The translations under genes and the position numbers were made by a program. Under the pieces are notes generated by a model. That model ran no database searches. It was not told where the DNA came from and was given only the letters and a program-made list of their open reading frames with translations. This document shows, in pieces, positions 28,822 through 39,282 of a DNA stretch of 64,000 nucleotides. Numbering within the stretch: the first letter of the stretch is position 1; each line of letters opens with the position of its first letter. The stretch comes from Patescibacteria group bacterium (GTDB taxonomy: Bacteria; Patescibacteriota; Patescibacteriia; SG8-24): the NCBI GenBank assembly GCA_041667185.1, contig JBAYFM010000003.1:16962-80961 (forward strand), given 5' to 3'.

Positions 28822-29460
28822 ATGCATGACATCATCGAAGCGCTGAACTGGCGCTACGCGACCAAGATCTACGATCCTAAGAAGAAGTTGTCGACTGAAA
28901 AGTTCGAGATACTGCTCGAAGCCTTGCGATTGTCCCCGTCATCGTACGGCCTCCAGCCCTGGAAGTTCGTCGTCGTACGCGATCCGGCCGTCCGGGCTAG
29001 GCTTCGCGTGGCCGGATATGACCAGTCGTCGTTCACGGATGCCTCGCATTTGGTCATCCTGGCGGTCCGCCGCGATCTCGATGGTGCGTACGTCGAGGAA
29101 TACATCCGTTCCATGGCCGTCGCTCGCGGACTCGCGCCCGAAGCCTTGAAGGGTCCACGCAATCAGATACGAGACATCCTACGGGGCCGCTCTCCGGAGT
29201 CGATCCTGGAATGGTCCACCCGCCAGGTCTACGTCGCCCTCGGCGTCCTTCTGACTGCGGCCGGTCATGAACAGATTGACGCGACCCCGCTAGAGGGCTT
29301 CGACGCCAAGAAATTCGACGAGATCCTCGGATTCAAGGAGCTGGACCTCGAGTCGCGGCTCGCGGTCGCTTTGGGCTACCGTTCGCCGGAGGATAAACAC
29401 GCGGCCGAGGCCAAAGTCCGTTTCCCGAAGGAAAAGGTCGTCATCGAGATCAATGGTTGA
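28822..29460 (+). CDS. NAD(P)H-dependent nitroreductase
   Basis: WRYATK, LSPSSYGLQPWKFVVV, PLEGFD, ALGYR. Confidence 0.95.
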   Translation: MHDIIEALNWRYATKIYDPKKKLSTEKFEILLEALRLSPSSYGLQPWKFVVVRDPAVRARLRVAGYDQSSFTDASHLVILAVRRDLDGAYVEEYIRSMAVARGLAPEALKGPRNQIRDILRGRSPESILEWSTRQVYVALGVLLTAAGHEQIDATPLEGFDAKKFDEILGFKELDLESRLAVALGYRSPEDKHAAEAKVRFPKEKVVIEING

Positions 29461-29511
29461 AACGGCATATTAAAAAAACCGGCCCAGGAGATGGGCCGAT
29501 CGATCGGTCGG

Positions 29512-29997
29512 TCAGCCGTCGGCGTCGGAGCCGGCGGTTTTGGCCGCCGCAGCGTGGAGCCGATAAAGGCCATAGAGAGCCGCGAGGCCGGCGAGAGTCG
29601 GAAGAGGTGAGTCGAAGCCGAACGAGCACCCGATGGCCGCGCCTTCGAGGAGCAGGGAAGCCAGCACCCAGAGGTAGCCGAGCTTCAGGTCGCTCTTCAT
29701 GATCGGCGCGAAGAAGATCGCGACGATCGCGGCCGAGACCGCCGCCATGATGAGGACGACATCGGTCGTGACGTTGTGGCCGGTGAGGCCGTAAGCGCCG
29801 TTCAGCCAGGCGACGAAGGCTGTGGCCGTGACCGCCCAGAGCTGGGTCGGCTTGGCCGAGATGCCGACGACCGCGAAGATCGGCAGAAGTGCCGCGATGA
29901 GCGCCATGATCGGTCGGGCGCCGCACATGCAGGCGATCGCATACCCGCCGAGCGCGGCGGCGACGGCGAAGCACTGGGTCCGGATCAGTAGTTTCAC
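29512..29997 (-). CDS. Multi-pass membrane protein
   Basis: Hydrophobic ORF; GTG start overlaps upstream TGA (GTGA). Confidence 0.65.
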   Translation of the reverse strand: MKLLIRTQCFAVAAALGGYAIACMCGARPIMALIAALLPIFAVVGISAKPTQLWAVTATAFVAWLNGAYGLTGHNVTTDVVLIMAAVSAAIVAIFFAPIMKSDLKLGYLWVLASLLLEGAAIGCSFGFDSPLPTLAGLAALYGLYRLHAAAAKTAGSDADG

Positions 29998-30494
29998 GGG
30001 TGTTCCTCCCAGGCGTCGATCAGACACTTGGTGGCGACCTCCCATTGCTGGAACGAACAGTTCTTGACGCGCTCCACCCAAGGCCCGAACGTTCCGAAGA
30101 ACTCGGCCAGCCGCAACCGCGCCATGTTGACGCCGAAGTGGGTGGTCAGGAAGCCTCGCTGGGCCACGTAGCCGTCGTGTTCGGTGATCAGATTTTGGCC
30201 CTCGGTTTGAAGATTGCGGGCTTCTTGATCGTAGGCGGCGCATTGTTCCGGGTGGCCGGGTTCGAAGTAGCACCGGTTGGTCTGGTGCGCCTCGACCCGC
30301 TTCAGGAAGTGGTCCCAGCGGATCGTGACGTCGACGATGTTCGATTCGACCACGGCCAGCGCTTGGCCGGTTTGGATCGAGTCCAGGACCACGGCCTTGA
30401 ACTCGTCCATGGTGGTCGGAGCCTGAGCCCGCGCGGGCGCGGCGCCGATGACCGCCAGAGTCAGAGCGAGGATGTAAAGAGCGGTTCGTTTCAT
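29994..30494 (-). CDS. Secreted helical protein with two Cys pairs
   Basis: Signal peptide (ARA|Q), AGGAGG SD, TTGACA-N17-TAATAT promoter. Confidence 0.75.
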   Translation of the reverse strand: MKRTALYILALTLAVIGAAPARAQAPTTMDEFKAVVLDSIQTGQALAVVESNIVDVTIRWDHFLKRVEAHQTNRCYFEPGHPEQCAAYDQEARNLQTEGQNLITEHDGYVAQRGFLTTHFGVNMARLRLAEFFGTFGPWVERVKNCSFQQWEVATKCLIDAWEEHP

Positions 30495-30700
30495 GCGTTC
30501 CTCCTGTCGGTTGTCTGTATGTTGCCCGATTTTTCGGACAGCCCCCGCATATTAAGGCCGCGACCGCCGGGTGTCAATGTGGGTTGATTCAAGTATTTAG
30601 CGGTCGGTAAAATCCGGCCCAACCAGGCCATATTTTCGTCTGAATCACCCACAGCCGCCAGGGTTGCCGGATCAGGCTGAAACGACTACAATTCCTGCGT

Positions 30701-32167
30701 ATGGCTGAGGGGCGTGTTGCAAAAAATACGGCCTATTTGTTATCTGCTTCCGTCGGGCAGAAGATCTTGGCGTTCATCTATTTCACCATCGTCGCGCGCT
30801 CGGTCGGCGTCGAGGGGACCGGCCGCTATTTCGTCGCCGTCTCCTTCACCACCATCTTTTCGATCTTCGTCGATCTCGGCCTCGCCAACGTCCTCGTCCG
30901 CGAGGTCGCCAAGGTTCCGGAGAACGCCCAGAAACTCCTCGCCAACGTCCTCGGCCTCAAGGCTGTCCTGGGCGTGCTCACGGTCGCGGCGGTCCTCCTG
31001 GTCTCGCGGCTCATCGGCTATCCGGCCGAGACCCGGCTCCTCATCACCGTCGCCGCCGGCGTCATGGTGCTCGACTCGATCCACCTCGTGCTCTACGCGG
31101 TCATGCGCGGCTTCCAGAACCTGCGCTACGAGGCCATCGGCGTCGTGACCGGCCAAGCCGTGATCATCACGACCGGCATCGTCTTCGTCCTACTGAAACT
31201 GCCGCTCGTGTCGCTCGTCATCGCCCTCCTCTGTGGCAGCATCTGGAACGTGGCTTGGGCCGCCTGGATCCTCAACCGGCAGTTCGGCGTGAAGCCGATC
31301 CTGCGCTTCGACGAGGCGGTCATCAGATTCTTCGGGCAGGTCGCTTTGCCTTTTGCGTTCGCCGGCATCTTCTCGCGCGTCTACTCCTACATCGATTCCG
31401 TGATGCTCTCACGCCTCGTTTCCGAGGAAGCGGTCGGCTACTATTCGGTCGGCTACAAGCTCACGTTCGCTTTCCAATTCCTGCCCATGGCTTTCGCCGC
31501 CGCGATCTATCCGGCCATGAGCGAATATTACGTCAAAGATCGCGCCAAACTGGCCGCTGTTTTCATGACCGCCATCAAATATCTGCTGCTCGTGGTCGTG
31601 CCGCTCACGGTCGGTACGTTCGTGCTTGCCGGCCCCATCATCCACCTGGTCTACGGTCCGGCCTATGACAAATCGGTCCTGCCGCTCCAGATCCTCATCT
31701 TCTCGCTCGTCTTCGCTTTCCTGTACTGGCCCTGCGGCTCGCTGCTCAACGCTTGCGACCGCCAGTCCCAGAACACGACGGTCATGGGCGTGACCATGAT
31801 CGGCAACATTATCCTGAACGTCTTCCTGATCCCGCGGTTCGAGGCCGTGGGCGCCGCCTGGTCGGCCCTCATCGGCAACGCCGCCCTCTTCGGCCTGGCG
31901 TTCTATTTCGCCTCGCGCGTCGTGGTCATCGATAAGCAGCGGCTCCTCTCCATCATCGGCCGGATCGCCATCGCCGGCGCCGCCATGGGGATCATCGTCG
32001 AGTTGCTCGATGGCGCGGCGTCCTTGGCGTTCATGGTGCCACTCGGCGCCCTGGTCTACGCCGCCCTGGTCTTCCAGCTCCGCATCATCACCTGGACCGA
32101 AGCGAAGAACATCATGAATCTTTTCCTGCGCCGGGGCAGGGGAGGGGTGTCCGACATCGTCTCATGA
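30701..32167 (+). CDS. Wzx-type polysaccharide flippase
   Basis: Polytopic; VAKNT, DLGL, IDSVML, VGYYS, NVFLIP. Confidence 0.9.
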   Translation: MAEGRVAKNTAYLLSASVGQKILAFIYFTIVARSVGVEGTGRYFVAVSFTTIFSIFVDLGLANVLVREVAKVPENAQKLLANVLGLKAVLGVLTVAAVLLVSRLIGYPAETRLLITVAAGVMVLDSIHLVLYAVMRGFQNLRYEAIGVVTGQAVIITTGIVFVLLKLPLVSLVIALLCGSIWNVAWAAWILNRQFGVKPILRFDEAVIRFFGQVALPFAFAGIFSRVYSYIDSVMLSRLVSEEAVGYYSVGYKLTFAFQFLPMAFAAAIYPAMSEYYVKDRAKLAAVFMTAIKYLLLVVVPLTVGTFVLAGPIIHLVYGPAYDKSVLPLQILIFSLVFAFLYWPCGSLLNACDRQSQNTTVMGVTMIGNIILNVFLIPRFEAVGAAWSALIGNAALFGLAFYFASRVVVIDKQRLLSIIGRIAIAGAAMGIIVELLDGAASLAFMVPLGALVYAALVFQLRIITWTEAKNIMNLFLRRGRGGVSDIVS

Positions 32168-33330
32168 AGCCGCTTCTTTTCGTCACTCTGGAATATCCGC
32201 CGCAGATCGGCGGCATTGCGGTCTATCTGTCGCGGCTCGTGGAGAGTCTGCCGGCCGGTCGGACGCAGGTCATGGCGGACGTTTGTCCCAAGACGCACGA
32301 GACCGATATGCGATGCCAGGCTCCGATCTATCGCCGTCAGCTGTTGCCGGGCTGGATTCGGCCGCGCTGGCTCGGCGCTCTTTATTGGACCGACTGGTTC
32401 TGCCGTAAAGAAGGCCGGCCGGAAGCCATCATCGTGAGCCATCTGCTGCCCATGGGACTCGTCGCCGATCTGATGCGGCGTTTTCGGCGCGTCCCGTACG
32501 CGGTCATCATCCACGGCATGGACGCCGCTTTAGCGCTCGCCGCCCGCGGCTCCAAACGCCGCTCCGCGAGCCGTGTCGTCGCTAATGCCGCGCTCGTGGT
32601 CGCGAACAGCTCGTACACAGCCCGACTTGCCGAGACTTTGGGCGCGGCCAAAAGCAGGATTACCATCGTCCATCCGTGCCCGCAATTCCAGCCCCAGACC
32701 GACGTCGTCGAGTCCCGAGTCGCCGCAATCCGCGTCAAATACGGCTTGAGCAAGGATTTCACCCTGATCTCGGTCGGGCGGCTGGTGAAACGCAAAGGTT
32801 TTGATACGGCAATCAAGGCGGTCGCTGAGCTGAAGCGGTCCGGCCGGCAGGTGCGGTTGGTGATCGTCGGCGACGGTCCGGAAAAACCGACGTTGCAGGC
32901 CTTGAGCGTCGAGCTCGACGCGGCCGACCGGGTGGTCTTCACTGGCATCGTGAGCGACGAGGAACTCGCCGAGCTCTATGCCGCCGCCCACGCTTTCATG
33001 CTGCTGCCGCGAAGCCTCGGGCCGGACATCGAGGGGTTCGGCATCGTCTATCTGGAAGCCAACTTGTTCGGCTTGCCGGCGATCGCGTCCAGGACGGCCG
33101 GCGTGCCTGACGCTGTGCTCGACGGCGAGACTGGCCTGCTCGTGGAGCCTGACGACCATTCCGGAGCCGCTTACGCCGTCGGCCGGCTGATGGACGATCC
33201 CGGACTGCGCCGGCGTCTGGGCGACCGCGGCCGGGCGCGCGTGCGCGAGGAATTCACCTGGGAAAAACAGGCGGCCAAATTTACTCGGGCTCTGGAAACG
33301 GCCCTCGGGACGGCTGACGTTAAACAATGA
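32164..33330 (+). CDS. Glycosyltransferase family 4
   Basis: YPPQIGG, VGRLVKRKG, EGFGIVYLEA. Confidence 0.93.
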   Translation: MKPLLFVTLEYPPQIGGIAVYLSRLVESLPAGRTQVMADVCPKTHETDMRCQAPIYRRQLLPGWIRPRWLGALYWTDWFCRKEGRPEAIIVSHLLPMGLVADLMRRFRRVPYAVIIHGMDAALALAARGSKRRSASRVVANAALVVANSSYTARLAETLGAAKSRITIVHPCPQFQPQTDVVESRVAAIRVKYGLSKDFTLISVGRLVKRKGFDTAIKAVAELKRSGRQVRLVIVGDGPEKPTLQALSVELDAADRVVFTGIVSDEELAELYAAAHAFMLLPRSLGPDIEGFGIVYLEANLFGLPAIASRTAGVPDAVLDGETGLLVEPDDHSGAAYAVGRLMDDPGLRRRLGDRGRARVREEFTWEKQAAKFTRALETALGTADVKQ

Positions 33331-33334
33331 TCCT

Positions 33335-34063
33335 ATGACCGAGCTGAAACCGAATACAGCGCGTCCGACCGTCAGTATCGTGATCCCGTCCTATCAGCAC
33401 GGCGGCGAGATCGCCGAGTGCCTGCGGAGCATTCTTGATCAGACATTCAAGGATCACGAGATCATCGTCGTGAACGACGGTTCGACGGACAACACTCTGG
33501 AGGAGCTACGGCCGTTTCTCGACCGGATCCAGCTCATCAATCAGGAGAACCGCGGCGGCAACGCGGCGCGGAATCGCGGCTTCGACGCGTCGGTCGGCGA
33601 CTTCGTGCTGTTCTGCGACGCGGACATCGTCATGCGGCCGGACATGCTCGAAACAATGCTCCGGACCTTGCGCGCGAATCCCGGCGCTTCCTACGTCTAC
33701 TCGTCGTTCCGTTTCGGCTGGAAGGTCTTCCGGCTCTGGTCGTTCGACGCCGCCAAACTGCGGCAGATGAATTACATTCACACGACCTCGCTCTTGCGCC
33801 GCGGACATTTTCCGCGTTTCGACGAGAAGATCCGGCGGCTGCAGGACTGGGATCTGTGGCTCACCATGCTCGAACAGGGCCATGTCGGCGTCTGGATTCC
33901 GGAGATCCTGTTCAAGGCCATCCCGCACCAGGGCGGCATCAGCACCTGGGTGCCGGGTATTTTTTATCGCATACCTTGGCGGAAATTCGGCATCCGCATC
34001 GCGACCGTGGAGAAGTTCCTGGAAGCCGAGCGCATCATGCGGGCCAAACATAAGCTGCCGTAG
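33335..34063 (+). CDS. Glycosyltransferase family 2
   Basis: VSIVIP, NDGSTD, DAD, QDWDLW. Confidence 0.93.
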   Translation: MTELKPNTARPTVSIVIPSYQHGGEIAECLRSILDQTFKDHEIIVVNDGSTDNTLEELRPFLDRIQLINQENRGGNAARNRGFDASVGDFVLFCDADIVMRPDMLETMLRTLRANPGASYVYSSFRFGWKVFRLWSFDAAKLRQMNYIHTTSLLRRGHFPRFDEKIRRLQDWDLWLTMLEQGHVGVWIPEILFKAIPHQGGISTWVPGIFYRIPWRKFGIRIATVEKFLEAERIMRAKHKLP

Positions 34064-34065
34064 TT

Positions 34066-34923
34066 ATGGATCTGAGCATCGTCATCGTGAACTGGAAGGT
34101 CCGCGATCTGCTCGAGAAGTGCCTGGCTTCGGTTTACCTGGAGACTTCCGGGATCGAGTTCGAGGTCCTGATCGTGGACAACGATTCGCGCGACGGCTCG
34201 GTCGAGATGGTCGCGAAAAAGTTTCCGCAGGCGGATCTCATCGCCAGCAACCGCAATCTCGGTTTCGCGGCCGCCAATAACGAGGCGATCGCCCGCAGCC
34301 GCGGCGAGTTCATCCTGCTTCTGAATCCCGACACGGAGATCCGGGACGGCGCGCTCCAGAAGCTGGTCACCTTCATGCGGCGCGAGCGGCAGGCGGCCAT
34401 CTGCGGCCCAAAACTCGTGAACGCCGACGGCTCGCTTCAGCCTTCGGTCCGGCATTTCCCGACGCTCGGGGTCCAGGCGGCAATCACTTTGAAATTACAT
34501 CGGCTGTGGCCTGGGCTGCCGGGCGTGAAGCGTTATCTGGCCGCGGATTTTGATTATTCCCGGGCGTCGGCCTGCGATCAGGTGATGGGCGCGGCTTTGA
34601 TGTTCCGCCGGTCGCTGCTCGAGGACATCGGTCCGCTCGACGCCGGTTATTTCATCTGGTTCGAGGAAGTGGATTTCTGCAAGACGGCGGCCGAGAGAGG
34701 TCATCAGACCTGGTATACGCCCGAAGCGTCCGTGCTGCATCACGGCGGCGAGAGTTTCGGTCAGCTGCTGGCGCCGCGCAAGCAGCGGATCTTCAACGCG
34801 AGCGGCCGCCGCTATTTCCTGAAACACCACGGGCGTCCGGCTTGGCTGGTCCTGCTCCTGCTGCATCCGCTCTCCATGCTGCTGGCCGTCGCCGGAGCGC
34901 GCGTTGCCGCCAAAAAGTTATGA
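34066..34923 (+). CDS. Glycosyltransferase family 2 (WbbL-like)
   Basis: DNDSRD, NLGFAAANN, LNPD, FEEVDFC. Confidence 0.92.
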   Translation: MDLSIVIVNWKVRDLLEKCLASVYLETSGIEFEVLIVDNDSRDGSVEMVAKKFPQADLIASNRNLGFAAANNEAIARSRGEFILLLNPDTEIRDGALQKLVTFMRRERQAAICGPKLVNADGSLQPSVRHFPTLGVQAAITLKLHRLWPGLPGVKRYLAADFDYSRASACDQVMGAALMFRRSLLEDIGPLDAGYFIWFEEVDFCKTAAERGHQTWYTPEASVLHHGGESFGQLLAPRKQRIFNASGRRYFLKHHGRPAWLVLLLLHPLSMLLAVAGARVAAKKL

Positions 34924-36512
34924 ACGAACGCCTGACCGTCATCCGTCAGACTTTCCGTGCCGCGGTCCCGCTCCTGGTCCTCGCGGAGATCCTGTCGTTC
35001 TGCGGCCTGCTTTTGCCGCCGTTCGCGGACAGCGGTTTCTTCATCATCATCGGTCTCGTCGCTGTCCTGGCCCTGCTGCGCCCAGGCCTGGCTTTCCTGA
35101 TCCTGCTCGCGGAACTATTCATCGGTTCGCAGGGCGGTTATCTTTTTTCGTTCGGCGCCGGTTCCGGGCTGTACGTTTCCTTGCGCATCGGGTTGTTTCT
35201 GGTCGTGTTCGGCGCCTGGCTGGCGCGGACCGTGGCGACGCTCGTGCGGCGGCGCGGCGACCTGAAGTCCCTGGAATGGCTTACGGATATGCGCCGAGCG
35301 GGCTTATTTTGGCCTTATCTCGCGCTTTTAGCCGTCTTCGCGGCGAGCGCCGTGAACGGCATCTTGCGCGGCAATCAGTTCGATGACGTCTTTTTCGATG
35401 CCAACGGTTACGCCTATTTCGCGCTGTTCCCGCTCTTCATCGAGCAGCTGCGCGACCGCGAACTGCCGGCGCGGATCGCGGGTCTCCTGGCGGCGGCCGT
35501 GACGACTTCGATCATCAAAGCCCTGGCGGTGCTGTATTTCTTTTCGCACCGGATCTTTGTCGTCGCTTCGCCGCTCTACACCTGGGTCCGCGACACGCGC
35601 GTGGGCGAGATCACCATCATGACGGGGGACTTCTACCGGATATTTTTCCAGTCGTTCGTCTTTTCGCTCGCGGCGATCTTCGGCCTCCTGCTCTTCGCGG
35701 CGGCGGCCGGCAAAGAGAAAGACAGCGGCCGAACCGAATCCCTGATCCTGGGGGTTTTCGCGGCGACCGGGCTCGTGATGAGTCTGTCGCGCAGTTTTTG
35801 GTTCGGCGGTTTCGTCGCGGTCATCGCGCTGGCCATCCTCCTGGCGCGGCTGCGGCTGCCGACGGCTTTCTGGAAACGCCTTGCGCTGATCTCGGCCGGG
35901 ACCGCGATCGCCGCCGTCGCGCTCATCGTCGCGGTCTACTCGATCCCGTTCCCGCGCAAGGGCGCGGACGTGGCCTGGGCGTCGTTCCTCGGCGGCCGTG
36001 CCTTCTCCGTGAGCGGCGAAGCCGCGGCGAACAGCCGCTGGGTGCTGCTGCCGGAACTCATGAAAGCCGGCCTGCGCCATCCGTTCGCGGGTTCGGGCTT
36101 CGGCACGACCGTCACTTATACGACCAGCGATCCGCGCCTGCTCTCGACCAATCCGACCGGCGCTTACACGACGTTCGCTTTCGAGTGGGGTTACCACGAT
36201 CTCTGGATCAAGTTCGGCCTCTTGGGGCTCGCGGTCTACGGCTGGTGGCTCTGGCGGATCATGCGCTTGCTCGCCGCGCCGCTCGACCGGACGGTCCAGG
36301 AAGCGGTGCCGGATGAAGTGCAACAAAAAACGGCCCTGCTGGCCGTCGCGCTGCTCACTGCCATGGCCGCCATCCTCGCGACCAACGTCTTCAGCCCGTA
36401 TCTGAATCATCCTCTGGGCATCGGCATCCTGATGCTGCTCGCGGGTTTCGGAGCGCAAAATTCCCAGAAGTCCATTTCCGCGGACGCGGAAATCCGGCCG
36501 GAGATCCTCTAG
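34920..36512 (+). CDS. O-antigen ligase/polymerase-like membrane protein
   Basis: Polytopic; SLSRSFW, GSGFG, H..W.K.G.LGL region; ATG overlaps upstream stop. Confidence 0.75.
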   Translation: MNERLTVIRQTFRAAVPLLVLAEILSFCGLLLPPFADSGFFIIIGLVAVLALLRPGLAFLILLAELFIGSQGGYLFSFGAGSGLYVSLRIGLFLVVFGAWLARTVATLVRRRGDLKSLEWLTDMRRAGLFWPYLALLAVFAASAVNGILRGNQFDDVFFDANGYAYFALFPLFIEQLRDRELPARIAGLLAAAVTTSIIKALAVLYFFSHRIFVVASPLYTWVRDTRVGEITIMTGDFYRIFFQSFVFSLAAIFGLLLFAAAAGKEKDSGRTESLILGVFAATGLVMSLSRSFWFGGFVAVIALAILLARLRLPTAFWKRLALISAGTAIAAVALIVAVYSIPFPRKGADVAWASFLGGRAFSVSGEAAANSRWVLLPELMKAGLRHPFAGSGFGTTVTYTTSDPRLLSTNPTGAYTTFAFEWGYHDLWIKFGLLGLAVYGWWLWRIMRLLAAPLDRTVQEAVPDEVQQKTALLAVALLTAMAAILATNVFSPYLNHPLGIGILMLLAGFGAQNSQKSISADAEIRPEIL

Positions 36513-37474
36513 TCCAGTCTCGAGCCGATCAGGTCCGGATAGCCGTTCAGGATCGCGCGTCCGTCGACCGCAGTCTTGCCCTCAAATTGGACCTTGAGCA
36601 GCACCAAGGCCTGTTTTTTGGCGTTCACGGCCGGATAACCGGAAGCGGCGCGGAAGACAACGCCCGGCGCTACGCCGGCTGACTCGTCCGCCACTTCGCC
36701 CCAGAGAATCTTGAATCTGAGCGGTTTGCCGCGGCGCTGCCAGACGGCGTATGCCTGCGGCCAGGTCGCGAACGCCCGGATCTTCCGTTCGATCTCCGCG
36801 GCGGTCTCGTCTTTCCAGGCGATCAGTCCATTCTCTTTGGTGATGATCTTGGTGGCGGTGGCCGCCGCGTGATCTTGGGCTAGGGCCGGGAGCGCGCCAT
36901 CCGCGTATAAGTCGATCTTGTCGATGAGCAGTCTGGACGCCACAGTCGCGAGATCGGCCTGCAGGGAGCGGAAAGTGGTCTCTGGTCCGATGTCGACCTC
37001 GGCGGTCGCGACGACCGGACCATGGTCCATCAGCTCATCCATGACCATGAGGCTCACGCCGGTCTTTTTTTCGCCGGCCATGATGGCGGCTTGGATCGGC
37101 GAGGCGCCGCGATATTTGGGCAGGAGGGACCCGTGCAGGTTGAGCGCGCCGAGACGCGGGATCGCGAGCAACGCGACCGGCAGGATCTGGCCGTAGGCGG
37201 CCACGACAAAAAGATCCGGCCGGAGTCCGGCGAGGCGGTCGCTGAAAGCCTGGTCGCGCCGGACCTTCTCCGGCTGGAGGATGGTCCAGCCGCGGCTCTC
37301 GGCGAAGGTCTTGATCGGGCTGGGCTTGAGCATTCCGGAGCGTCCGGCCGGGCGGTCGGGCTGGGTCACGACGGCGAGCAGCCGGTAGCGGTCCGGAGCC
37401 GCGGCCAGGGCCTCGAGCGGCGGCACGGCGAATTCGCTGCTGCCGAAATAGACGATACCCAGAGGCTCGATCAT
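36509..37474 (-). CDS. fmt: Methionyl-tRNA formyltransferase
   Basis: VTQPDRPAGR, AYGQIL, NLHGSLLPKYRGASPIQ. Confidence 0.97.
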   Translation of the reverse strand: MIEPLGIVYFGSSEFAVPPLEALAAAPDRYRLLAVVTQPDRPAGRSGMLKPSPIKTFAESRGWTILQPEKVRRDQAFSDRLAGLRPDLFVVAAYGQILPVALLAIPRLGALNLHGSLLPKYRGASPIQAAIMAGEKKTGVSLMVMDELMDHGPVVATAEVDIGPETTFRSLQADLATVASRLLIDKIDLYADGALPALAQDHAAATATKIITKENGLIAWKDETAAEIERKIRAFATWPQAYAVWQRRGKPLRFKILWGEVADESAGVAPGVVFRAASGYPAVNAKKQALVLLKVQFEGKTAVDGRAILNGYPDLIGSRLD

Positions 37475-37480
37475 AGGAAA

Positions 37481-37933
37481 CTATTTTTTCAGGCGGTCGA
37501 TGAAGAGGACGCCGTCGAGGTGGTCGTTCTCATGCTGCAGCACGCGGGCGAAAAAACCTTCGGCCGTGAATTTCAGTCTGCTACCGTCGATGGCCCGGGC
37601 TTCGACCTCGAGCGAGCGGTAGCGCGGCACCTGGCCGAATTGGCCGGGCACGGACAGACAGCCTTCCTCTTCGGTCACGGTCTTCGCGGAGTGTCCGGTG
37701 ATGACGGGATTCGCGAGCGCCACCGGTCCGTCGGAGCTGTCGGCGATGAAGACCCGGAGGCTGACGCCGATCTGCGGCGCGGCGATGCCGACGCCGTTCG
37801 CGGAACGCATGGTCTCGATGAGGTCGTCGACGAGTTGAGCCAGGTCTGCGGTACCAAAAGACTCCGGCGGCACTTCTTCGGCCCGTACCCGGAGCACCGG
37901 ATCGCCTTCAACGACTACTTTTCTTATCGCCAT
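37481..37933 (-). CDS. def: Peptide deformylase
   Basis: GVGIAAPQIG, EGCLSVP, QHENDHLDG. Confidence 0.98.
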   Translation of the reverse strand: MAIRKVVVEGDPVLRVRAEEVPPESFGTADLAQLVDDLIETMRSANGVGIAAPQIGVSLRVFIADSSDGPVALANPVITGHSAKTVTEEEGCLSVPGQFGQVPRYRSLEVEARAIDGSRLKFTAEGFFARVLQHENDHLDGVLFIDRLKK

Positions 37934-38030
37934 AGTTGTCGTATTTTAGCTTGTTCTGGCTCAGAAAAGGGTATCGGTTTTCGCCAGAACGTCATCGCAG
38001 GATAGCATTTTCAGGCGCGTTTGTAAAGAC

Positions 38031-38330
38031 TCAGCGCTTGGGCAGGCCCGGCGGCGCCGCCAAGCTGGTCTTGCGGCATTTCCAGAAGAAAAGTTTCGCC
38101 GGGTCTTTGGCGTTGCTGTCCCTGACCTCGGAGAAGATCACTCGCGCCCGCGCCGCGCCGACGCGCTTGATGACGCCCAGATACATCCCGAATTTTTTGC
38201 GTTCGCCGAAATACGAGCTGACCTCGTCGGTCAGCGCGTGAATGTCCGAATGGATGTTGGTGTTGGCCTTCTGCTTCAGTCTGGCCTCGAGGGTCTGCTT
38301 GATGCCTTCCATATCCCGTGAGAGATCCAT
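38031..38330 (-). CDS. Hypothetical basic protein
   Basis: Protein-like C-terminal 99 aa of track ORF 38031-39212 (FGMYLGVIKRVG, KLFFW). Confidence 0.65.
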   Translation of the reverse strand: MDLSRDMEGIKQTLEARLKQKANTNIHSDIHALTDEVSSYFGERKKFGMYLGVIKRVGAARARVIFSEVRDSNAKDPAKLFFWKCRKTSLAAPPGLPKR

Positions 38331-38383
38331 TGTAAAAAAGCCCGGGACGGGCCGTCGGCGGCAGCGCTGCGGACCGGACGCAC

Positions 38384-39178
38384 TCAGGTGATGCGCATGC
38401 CGGCCACGAGGTAGCCCACGCCGAACGGTTTTTCGTAAGAGATGATCTCGGTCTGGTGTTTGACGTCGTCCATGATGCCGGCCAGCACCGCGAGGACGTT
38501 CATGCCGCAGGCTTTGGCTTCGTCGCTCCAGGCCGCGTCGATGTCGAGCAATCCGCGGAGCTGATCCTTTTCGACGAGTTCGCGGATCTTGGCGTCCAAC
38601 TCTTCGCCGCGCGGCGAATAACCGGCTGGTGACTGCGGACCCACGCGATGCGACAGGTCGGCCGAAGCGATGACCGCGATGCGTTTGGTCGAGCTCATGA
38701 GTTCGTCCTTCAATTGCCGGCCCAGTTCGTAGTGGGTCTTGAGGTCGAGCTGCGAAGTCAGGAGCGGGGCGATCTTGATCTGCGGCAGATGGGCCGTGAG
38801 GTAGCACAAGGGGACGCTCATACCGTAATCCAGCGCTTCGGAACTCATGAGCGCGAGCGGCAGGTGCTTGATCTTGAAATCCTCGCGGATGCGGTCGATG
38901 AGCATGAAGTCGGACTTCCAGCGCTGCTTGGTCACGAGGTCGCCGAACTCTTCGAAATTGGTGACGTACTCGGGGTTGGCGTTCAGCGTGATGGCGTCCG
39001 GCAGGATGTCGCCGTGCGGCGAGATGATGAGGACCGTCTCCGGCTGGGCCAGGTACAGGTCCTGCTCCAGTTTTTCCATGGCTTTTTTGGTCTGCTCGAG
39101 CAACGCCAAATTTTCCTTGCTCACGGTGGGCATGAGCAGGGGAGTGTGCGCGGTGATGCAGGTGAAGACCAGCGACAT
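38384..39178 (-). CDS. MEMO1/LigB-fold protein (AmmeMemoRadiSam B-like)
   Basis: HTP, ISPH, DYG, ASADLSH, CG, YEKPFGVGY. Confidence 0.85.
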   Translation of the reverse strand: MSLVFTCITAHTPLLMPTVSKENLALLEQTKKAMEKLEQDLYLAQPETVLIISPHGDILPDAITLNANPEYVTNFEEFGDLVTKQRWKSDFMLIDRIREDFKIKHLPLALMSSEALDYGMSVPLCYLTAHLPQIKIAPLLTSQLDLKTHYELGRQLKDELMSSTKRIAVIASADLSHRVGPQSPAGYSPRGEELDAKIRELVEKDQLRGLLDIDAAWSDEAKACGMNVLAVLAGIMDDVKHQTEIISYEKPFGVGYLVAGMRIT

Positions 39179-39282
39179 AACGATGATATTTTAGCACATC
39201 GTTAAATTTCAAGGGAGAGCCGCGACGGGCGAGCGGTCAGGTCTAGTTTGGCGCTGTCGTTTCCACATTCATCAGCCGCCAG

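Noticed and set aside
25523-30494. Prophage or defence island
   Set aside because: No phage structural, integrase or recognisable defence domains; a patchwork of independent cassettes
38331-39212. 393-aa ORF 38031-39212 as a single gene
   Set aside because: Its upstream part overlaps the MEMO-like gene in another frame; only the last 99 aa look protein-like
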